From Malacoraja senta (lineage: Eukaryota): a DNA stretch of 64,000 bases. The position numbers and the translations under genes were made by a program. Numbering within the stretch: position 1 is the stretch's first letter; the number at the start of each line of letters is the position of its first letter. The notes below the pieces were generated by a model, which did not search any database, was not told the DNA's origin, and saw only the letters and a program-made list of their open reading frames with translations. The DNA is taken from positions 19,282,001-19,346,000 of the forward strand of contig CM075978.1 of the NCBI GenBank assembly GCA_038087875.1. Reading direction: 5' to 3'. Positions 53,881 to 64,000 of this stretch are shown piece after piece.

Positions 53881-54934
53881 CATGCCTCTAATTTATAAAT
53901 GTTGAAATCTCGGAGCAGCCCCTTATATTCCTAATACTGATTTATTGTATTTAAATAATGCACAAAATTATTTTAAAATAAATTTAATGAGCTCCGAGGT
54001 TCTTTTTAACAAGAATTTAAACTGAATTATGATCAAATTGATATATGAATTAAAACTGCACTTCCATGCTTTCAATATTTTATAAACCTAGGTACATATT
54101 GAATAAAAAATTAATGGATAAAAGGATTTAACACTCTTTTGTCTTCCTTTCCTGGATAAAGTAAGCAGTGATAGATTATCTTTCATTATAGGAAACTTGC
54201 TTTAAAGACGCAAAAGACACTGGTTATTCTGGAATCTCAAGTTAAAAACATACTGCTAGAGGAAATCAGCAGAATAGGGAGTATCTCTGCAGATAGATCC
54301 AAAACACCTATGTCCTACTGCCTGCATAAAGGATCCTAACCTGCTGAGTTCATCCAGTGGTTTTTATTTTTTAATTTTAATTATGCCAGAATACATGAAA
54401 AATTCCATTTACTTCAAAATGACTGGTGAGTCTGGCTCCATTGAAATCGTTAATTTCAAACCGTAAAGCTTCTGTCATTTGTTATTCTGTAGAATCTTTT
54501 GTCAAAAGAAACTTCCTCCCCAGAATTGAGTCTTTTTGAAGATTTTGCATCTGAAGAAAGATCCCGACTTGAAATGTTACCTGTCCATATTCTCCAGAGA
54601 AGCTGCCTGATCCATTGAGTTACTACAGCACTGTGTCTTTTTTAGAATTGAATATCATGGACTAAAAAATATATATTTCTCATAGAAATATATTGAATTG
54701 CAATTTCTAAGCCAGCTAGATTACATTAGACGCTGCACCTTAATACTTTTCTCTTTATCCAAAAATGTGAAATATCCTTTGAGAGGTGAAAGTACAAATT
54801 AAATACATGCCCATAAATCTAAAAAATTCTGCTGCTTTTCTGAATCTAGTCCAAGAGACCACTCACATTAATTTTCAGATATTTAAAATCAAAGATGAGA
54901 TAAGACAAAGCAATGCATTAAAAAGTCATTTAGT

Positions 54935-55443
54935 TGTAACCAACTTTAACAATAATTGCCAAGACTTGTAGTCAGTGGTGAACATAAGGAGCTTTGTGGG
55001 CATTGTTCGATTGATCTGTATGGTGTGGATGTAGTGACAGATTGTTATATCGTTCAAGGAATCTTTCCTCTAGCCACTATGATTGAAGACAGGGGTTTTG
55101 GAGATTATCGAAACGCATTCACAAGCTCTCCACGAGACATTCAATTCCTTCGAAAGACAAATCTTCAAAACACAGTCTCTTAATTAATAGTTTCTTTATT
55201 GCAGTAGTAAAAACAGTAAGATATTCATCCAAACTTCTTCTTGTTTAAGTACATTTTGATCTTACTCGTAGTCAAACTCGTGCATGGTGGAAAGCTGTGA
55301 TCTCTCCCCCATGCTTCTTCAAACTAAACCAAAAACTACGAGGGCATCTGCGCGAGAATCCCAGCCGCAAACACCCCTCCAACTACGTATAAATCCCACC
55401 CACATAATTACAGGCAGATAAAATTTAAAGGTAACTGGTTACA
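54935..55443. mobile_element. Possible solo LTR
   Basis: Bounded by TGTAACCA..TGGTTACA with a minus-strand AATAAA near 55195; no convincing TSD. Confidence 0.35.
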
Positions 55444-55621
55444 GTTATAACATACTGAGTTATGCTAAATGGCTACTACAGTGGGTATCCATATCCCTGT
55501 CTCACAACCTTGTCGTGGAGTGATGCAAACGGAATTCTCATTTCCATGTTGCTTTCAAGTTGGCTGTAAATAACAATTTCTGTAAATAACAATTGCTGGA
55601 GTTGCTTTTCTCCTTTTCTAG

Positions 55622-55918
<297 letters not shown>

Positions 55919-56224
55919 TAAAAGTGACTGATATTTTATATGAATAATTTGAACAACATTATTCCACTGTACACGCAGTGTTCACGTACAAGACTTTAGT
56001 AATCAAAGCAGAGTATGCTGAAAATACACAAAGGGTCCAAAAATGTCCAAAAAGATTTGCCTGTGTGATGATAATCTGATGTAGGTTCAAACAATTAATT
56101 TTTTTCTCTCTCGGTAACCGAGGCCAATGGATTTTCTATGTATCTATAGTATTTTTTATCTAATAGCATTTATAACCCTACCTTTCTTTTGTAATTCAGT
56201 GGATAAAATGGAATTTGTATCTGG

Positions 56225-56537
56225 GGGAGTCAAGAACCAGGGGCCACAGTTTAAGAATAAGGAGTAAGCCATTTAGAACGTAGACGAGGAAACTTTTTCT
56301 CACAGAGAGTGGTGAGTCTGTGGAATTCTCTGCCTCAGAGGGCGGTTGAGGCAGGTTCTCTGGATGCATTCAAGAGAGCTAGATAGGGCTCTTAAAAAAA
56401 AAAATAGCAGGGGATATGGGGAGAAGGCAGGAACGGGGTACTGATTGGGGATGATCAGCCATGATCACATTGAATGGCAGTGTTGGCTCGAAGGGCCGAA
56501 TGGCCTACTCCTGCACCTATTGTCTATTGTCTATTGA
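56225..56537 (+). mobile_element. CR1 3' end
   Basis: AGAACCAGGGGCCACAG..GAATGGCCTACTCCTGCACC plus (CTATTGT)n. Confidence 0.85.
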
Positions 56538-56725
56538 TTATGAACTTGCATTATTTATCAGCATGAAAAAGCAGCAGTCCCAATCAAGCTGGGTGAGAGG
56601 GGAATTCAAACCCCGTAGTGTTTTAAATCAGCTGGCTCACCTTCTAGGTAAAAACCTTTTTCAAGTAAGTTCCTACCTAGAAGATCAGCTCTCTATAGAA
56701 CAGGAAATGCTCCTGAGAGATCGAT

Positions 56726-56756
<31 letters not shown>

Positions 56757-56817
56757 ATCGATCTCTCAGGAGCTCATCTAAACTCGCAGATTAGGTCGCC
56801 GTAGTGGGACAGCCCCT

Positions 56818-57108
56818 ATACTGTGCCGAAATAGGCCCTTTGGCCCACCAAGTCCATACCAACCAGTGATCCCTGCTCATTACCACTGCCCTACACACAC
56901 TAGGGACAATTTTACAGTTATACCAATCCACTTTACCTACAAACCTGTAGATCTTTGGAGTGTGGGAGGAAACCAAAGATCACGGAGAAAACCCATGCGG
57001 TCACGGGGAGAAAGTGCAAACTCCGTACAGAAAGCACCCGTAGCCAGGGTCGAACCCGGGTCTCTGGCGCTGTAAGGCAGCAGCTCTACCACAATGCCAC
57101 CATGCCAC
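56818..57108 (-). mobile_element. HE1/V-SINE-type SINE
   Basis: GGGTTCGACCC B box and V-core on the minus strand. Confidence 0.8.
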
Positions 57109-57698
57109 CCTGCAGGTATGCAGAGGAAGTAAGGGGGAAATGTTGCCTGCAGCCCAAAGAGAAAGTACTTCTCCTGTAGCTGTGTCGATTACTACCAAAA
57201 CCTTTTGGCCAAAGTTAAACCTGGTAAACTGATACAATTTGACGCATTCGGCATTACAATATTTAAATCAATCTGTTGGTTGTAAGTAGAAGATTAGTTT
57301 GTGAGTTTGAGAGAGATTGTTGCTAAAACTTGTCTGTAATGCTTCAGTGATTGCATTCAAAAATATTTTAATTTTACCACTTTTCTATCTCCTCAGTCTC
57401 TGCATTCTCTCCCCAGCCTCCTGTAAAAAGAGGGAAAATATTAGATAGATATTTTGCATAGTTCTAGTCTGGTTAAATAATAAGGCTTGCCATTATTGAA
57501 GTAGCTGTTCTTTGTATTGTTGGTTTCCACCGCTAAGTTTTAACATCCTACCAATAGTAATAGTTGAATGTTGCTGTTCACTGTATCTGCAAATGAACAT
57601 TAATAAAAGATAGCGGCATTTATATTTCATAGTGCTATCTTTGAAATTCTGCAAATAAAGACAGTGGTGCTTATGTTTATCTTTATGGATATAAATAA

Positions 57699-57908
<210 letters not shown>

Positions 57909-58349
57909 TGAGATTGACCTTGGATTATGTGAATGCATGCCTTAAGGTATCAGGGAATAAGTGATCTTTGAAAAGTATTTGTTATTGACACACTTAAAAT
58001 GGATGTATTAATACATGTTTTCAAAAGATCTTAACATGATTTTGGTGGGCTTTGTTATTAAGTAACTCTTCTCTTTAAAATATTGTTTGACTTGGAAGAA
58101 AGGGGTGAGATAAAATAAATCATGAACCTGTCTTTCATCACCCTTATAATCTTTCAATTGCAGTTGAAATGATTTGCCCCGATATGTAGTTTTGGGAAAT
58201 ATTAGTCATTCGAGTTTGTCTGCAGAATTGTTTCTTTACACCTAAATTACTTTTTTGCAAATACTTGAGGAAGCACTTGAGATGATTATTCTTCCCCATA
58301 TGTTTTATTCAGGAGAGTGAAATAACAAAAGTCTGCAACAAAAGTATGT

Positions 58350-58878
58350 GTTCAAGAGTGTTTTATTGTCATATGTCCCAGATAGGACAATGAAATTCTT
58401 GCTTGCTGCAGCTCAACAGAATATGTAAACATAGTGTATAATGGGAGAAAAAAAGTTCAGTGTGTATATATACACATGCACACATACTCAATAAATAGAT
58501 GAATATAGTGCAATAATAATAATAGTCTGTTGTAGTTCAGAGCTTATTTGTTGTCGTGTTTAATAGCCTAATGGCTGTAGGGAAGAAGCTGTTCCTGAAC
58601 CTGGATGTTACAGTTTTCGGGTTCCTGTACCCTCTTCCCGATGGAAATGGTGAATTGAGTGTGTGGCCAGGATGGTGTGGGTCTCTGATGATGTTGGCTG
58701 CCTTTTTGAGGCATTGACTCCGATAGATCCCTTCAATGTTGGAGAGGTTAGAGCCGGTGATGGACTGGGCAGTGTTCTCAACGCTTTGCAGTCTTTTCCG
58801 CTCCTGGACATTCAAGTTGCCAAACCAGGCCAGTATACTCTCTACTGTGCAACCAGTCAGTATGCTCTCTACTGTGCA
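58350..58878 (-). mobile_element. Rex1/Babar LINE 3' fragment
   Basis: [36 protein letters not shown]. Confidence 0.85.
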
Positions 58879-59743
58879 CATACCCATCCAAGTAAATTTC
58901 AGATTATGTATTATTAATTATTTTCAATGATAAAATGTTATATAACTAAATACTCCATAAAGGTGGGACGTAACTTGTTACCAACGGAGTTAATTTCAAT
59001 TTTGAAGACCACCGTAATTAGTACTTGTAAAGAGGCTCTTGGCTTCTCTGCAGAGAGAATGAAGGCATTAGAACAACAAAATGGTCCAGGAACTGGTTGG
59101 GCATGGCATTTTTTTCTCCAAGTGTATGGGTAAGATGTGGTTATAACGAAGTATAACTTACAAAGGCAAAGACATGATATCAGAAATTCGTAAGTCATTA
59201 GTTAGGTCTCAACTGTAATATTGTGGAGAATTCAACTACTGCTGCCTTTTACACTTTCACAAAATAATACAGTGTCAGTTATAAGGAATGTTAAATGAGT
59301 GCTTCTCAAAGTTTGTTCATCCGCTATATCTTAGCCAGGGCAACTGCAATTTCTTCTCTAGCTTCCTGCTTCATCGGATAATCTGTTGAGGCCTGTGAGA
59401 TTTATCTACCTTTAAATGCCTTCAAATGTCCAGCATCTCCTTGACCATAATACAGACTGTCCTCAGGACATCTTCATTAATTGTCCAAAGTTTCTCAGTC
59501 GTCATGTCTTCCTCCATTGTAAAAACAGAGGAGAAATGCTCATTGAAGACCTTGCGGCTCCACACAGATATGACCACTTTGATTTCTACCAGAGCTGCCC
59601 CTGTTTTGCCCTCCTCATGTTCCTCAGTTTCTGAAACTCCTCCAGGATACACTTGATTCCAGCTGCCTATAGCTGTCCCATGCCTCCTTTTTCCTAATCA
59701 CTGCCTGAATGTCTCTCATCATCCTAGCTTCCTTTCACTCTAA

Positions 59744-60432
59744 AGGCCCTGTCCCACTAACGGGACTTTTCAGTGACTGTCTTCGACCTTCAAGCTTGAG
59801 GGCACTCGCCTGAAAAACCTCGAGCTGGATCGACCATCAGCGATGAAACCCGCGAGCTGGATCGAACACACGAACACACGAACACACGCACACACGCACA
59901 CACACACACACACAAGCGGGGGAGCGCTGTCTGAAATTCACACCCGCGATGAAGAGGAAGGTAAAAGACGGCTGGCACGGTAAGTCCTTTAGAGAGCACG
60001 GAGGAGGGGGGGAGAAGGAGTGAAGACACTTTTAAGAAGCCAGACAACTTTTAATAAAGTTTACCAGGCATTTAACATTACCGGTTGGTTTTCCTTGGTT
60101 CTGAAAACTCCAATGAGCCAATTAAAATGCCCGGTCAGCAAAGGAGGTTGCCTACGGCTATCTTGACTGCCTAGCGACCCCACTCCACTGCACTACGAGT
60201 TCAAAAGAACCATGCCGACCAATTTTTACTTGCGGAAAAATTGTCAACATGCTGAAAAATTTTCCTTCACCAAACTGAGGCCGCGAGTATGCGGGAACTT
60301 CCCTCGAGCATGAAGGAGAGTTCCAGTGACCTCCTAGGACCTCCTAGGACCGCGTGTCGACCATGCTGCGAGTTTGAGTCGAGCTCAAACTCTTCTACTC
60401 GCAAATTAGGTCGCCGCAGGGGGACAGGCCCT
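59744..60432 (+). mobile_element. Complete PIF/Harbinger-type MITE
   Basis: TIRs AGGCCCTGTCCC / GGGACAGGCCCT, 3-bp TAA TSD on both sides, internal (CACACGAA)/(CA)n tract. Isolated ends of the family at ~40125-40161 and ~56771-56817. Confidence 0.88.
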
Positions 60433-61474
60433 TAACAGAAACATGCATGCCCTGAACTCTTGTCATCACACTTTTAAAAGCATTCCACTTTCCGCAAAAC
60501 CTACTTCAATCATATTAAGCCAGTTATTGTCTAATACCATCAAATTTGGCCATGCTCCAATTCAGAATATTAAATTGGGGTTCCAACCTGTCTTTGTCCA
60601 TAACTATTTTAAAGTTAATAGAACAGTAGTCGCTTGTCCCAAAAGGCTCACCCACAAACACTTCAATCACTTGTCCTTCCCAATGATGTGCAGGTTTGAA
60701 TGTTAATTGTCCTCAGTGAAATTATCACCGATTTGCGGGAAGTGGATGAGAAAATTGGATAACATAGAACTGGCATTAAGGGGTGATCAAAAGTCTGTGT
60801 TCTCGGTGGGCCGAGAGACGATTTCTATGCTGTATCTCAATTATTCAATCAATTCAGTTTGTATTATCGCAGTTCACTAGCTGTTATTTTTTCTGGGCCT
60901 TCTGCAAGTGGCATTCATTTGTATAGATCCTAATTCATGGCAGTTTAATGATTTCAGCCTCACCATGCGAAACCAATCGCTGCAACTTCAACATTTATAA
61001 ATTAAAAGCATACATGAGAATCCTATAAATTGCATTAATTATTGACTGCAAACACCGATGGTTTTGCTGCCAACACCACAAAATTTTCACCAATGAGTCT
61101 TATTAAGTTTCAAATGACATTTGGTCATTTTGGGAGAACTGGGAGCTGACTAAGGACCATTCATGTATATAACAGACCAGGTTGTGTGGAGGGGCAAGAG
61201 GGTTTTTTTTTGCATGCATCTCCCAGATAGTGTGTTAATTCACCAAACATAAATAGAATTATCAATCAATTTGTTACCTTGCGCAGTTTAAATTCTAGAA
61301 AATGTTGCCTCCATTTACATGTTCCTAGTTACAGATGGGCATTAACAGAAGTCATTGGACTATATTGCAAATGCTAATCAATTTGTTGTGTTTTGACCAC
61401 CTGTACTTCCTCGATTTTTTTTTGTTGTATGTTTTGATATTTTATTTTAAGGCCAGAGATTTTTGATGGTTTAA

Positions 61475-61825
<351 letters not shown>

Positions 61826-62693
61826 TAACTCATTTTAACTTGTTTCAAACATGCTTCTTTTTCTTATCACAGACTGCAAAAATGAACAAAAAACAGGCAC
61901 ATTCTACAGAGGTTCTGTGTAGTAATGCTCTGGGGAATTTTTTATATTTTTTGTGAATTTGGAATGTGTTCTGAGCTTTTCACTTTCAGATACACATAAT
62001 CTTAAACTTGGACCTCAATATGTCTGAACAATGCTAACGAACAAAGCCATAGAATATTTAGCTATATAAATGTAATCAAGTGAGTGAAATTATTGTGATC
62101 AATCCGTTCAGTGCATTCTGCAGGATGTGTCTTAAGTATTGTGTATACTTGGGTTCACTAACCTGCAAAGGTGGCAGAATAAATTTTGAGAAAACCTTAT
62201 ATTTTAAAAGAAGGCATTTGAGAGACACTCGTAGAAATATAACGATAATTCAGGGAATAAATTTGGTTATCCAAAAGTTTACTACTTGTATCCCATGCTG
62301 GAATGTGTTCTGCTCCCCCAGGAGTTCCTCGGCTCCTGGTTTCCAATGCCACCAATTTAATATTCTCATCCTTTTATTCTTATCATAATCACTCTCATCT
62401 CTCATCTTCTCAACCCTCTAAGAATCGTGCATTCCTGCATATTTGGCCTCATGCATTTCTCCTACTCTAGGCTGTATTGTGGCTGCAGAGTTTTCAGCTG
62501 TTCCCTAAATTTCCACATCTCCACTTTCCATTATTTTGTTAACATTATTGCGACGTCATTACATTTAATAGAAAGTGATTTCCATCCACATTCAAAAATA
62601 TTTAAATCTATAGTCCACTTTCCTAGAATTTACACTTTTGTGAAGAGCTTAGAACATTTACTCTTCATTGAATACACTAAATAGATGTTAGTT

Positions 62694-62970
62694 GAATGAA
62701 TGAATAAATTTATTGGCCAAGTATGTACACAGACAAGGAATTTGCCTTAGTGCTCCGCTCGCAAGTAACAACACGCCACACAGTAAACAATTAAGAATAA
62801 AACATAAAACTTTAAAACATTAAGAATAAAACATCATAGTTTAAACATGTGAATGAAATAAAATACCAGAGCAAAAGGAGGCTACAGACTTTTGGTTATT
62901 GAGTAGAGCTACTGCTCGTGGAATAAAGCTGTTTTTATGTCTGGCTGTGGCGGCTTTGACAGTCTGGAGT
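62694..62970 (-). mobile_element. Rex1-like LINE 3' end
   Basis: Minus strand RHKNSFIPRAVALLN, tail AAATTCCTTGT..ACATACTTGGCCAATAAA plus (TTCA)n. Confidence 0.7.
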
Positions 62971-63538
62971 CAAGGAAATTACTTTAGAGAGCAGGACAAT
63001 GGGCTATGGCTTCAAACGAGTATTCGTGAATATTGGAGCTGATGTTCACTAGTTCTATACGAAATTGTGATCAGACTTTTAGACATCCAGAAAAAATAGT
63101 AGAGGTGAAAATCCGAGTTGAAGAAACGCATAAAACTTTCAGATCTTTCTGGCTGGATGCATTGACATGCTAAGCAGTACTTCTCCTGTAAATCTTTTGC
63201 CTTTCCACTGAAGAAGGGTCTCGACCCAAAACGCCACCCATTCCTTCTATCCAGAGATGCTGCCTGTCCTGCTGAATTACTCCAGTATTTTGTGTCTATC
63301 TGCCCTTTTATGAAAGTATCTTTAGCACGTAGGTTGTGGCATTTTAAATCGACTGAAAAGTTCTTTAAGATTGCCAGTGATAACTAATAAATGCTGTCTC
63401 TTCATACAATGGCTATATTCTGTAAATGGATGAATAAAATCCAGAAGACTTTACATGAATCTGGCGTCTGAAAGTTCAGGCAGTCATTTAGAAATGTGTT
63501 ATCTAGAAGTAATTTTCAAAGCCACAGTACATTTAAAA

Positions 63539-64000
63539 GGTACCCGGACGTGGCGCCGACGGACGAGAAGCCGATGCAAAGAAGTCGAAGCAAAGAACCG
63601 AATGGAAACGAGGCCGAAATGCCAAAAAAACGAAAGAGTACGAAGACGAAACGCCAACTAACCGAAAGGATGGGACGCCTAAATGCAAACTAACCGAAAG
63701 GGCGGGACGCCTAAAAGCCAACTAACCGAAAAGCTGCGTCGCCTAAATGCAAACTCACCGAATGGTCACTCTGTCGAAACACCACCTACCCAAAAGGCGG
63801 CGTCACATACAAGCCAACGGACCGACTGCCGCTCAACAGAAAAGTCCAATAACGGACATGACGTTGCCGGGGGGGGGGGGGGGGGGGGCTTGTCAGCGAT
63901 TGGTCCAGACCCCGCCGCCATCACATCACTGTGGAGGGATGAACATTGTCCCACACCCCCTCTCCACCCGACCCACAGCCGGGCTGTCCCGAGGGATGCG
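63539..64000. mobile_element. Probable DNA transposon end (MULE/foldback-like) with periodic subterminal repeats
   Basis: Abrupt GG start after TTTAAAA, CpG-rich, ~16-nt spaced CCGAA motifs and 32-bp units at 63653-63762; other end outside the window. Confidence 0.45.

Overview
Vertebrate genomic DNA, most likely a cartilaginous fish (skate/ray-like, inferred from HE1/V-SINE-type SINEs and the CR1/Penelope repeat spectrum), with three N gaps. It contains the head-to-head gene pair TTC8 (BBS8; coding exon 1, minus strand, 14452-14565) and EML5 (coding exons 1-7, plus strand, 16018-61728, all GT-AG). EML5 exon 2 carries an apparent +1 frameshift. The introns are full of often nested transposons: three Gypsy LTR elements (one with both LTRs, PBS, PPT and TSD), CR1, Rex1/Babar, L2 and Tx1-like LINEs, Penelope ends with minimal hammerhead-like motifs, SINEs, non-autonomous Helitron dimers, Harbinger MITEs and a decayed hAT transposon. 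The most novel-looking signal is a family of six ~0.7-0.9 kb non-coding GC-rich retroposons. They have no tRNA-like head, share two hairpins with compensatory base changes and a possible pseudoknot, and four of them end in a different LINE-type 3' tail matched by a separate LINE end in this same window. All alignments were made by eye.
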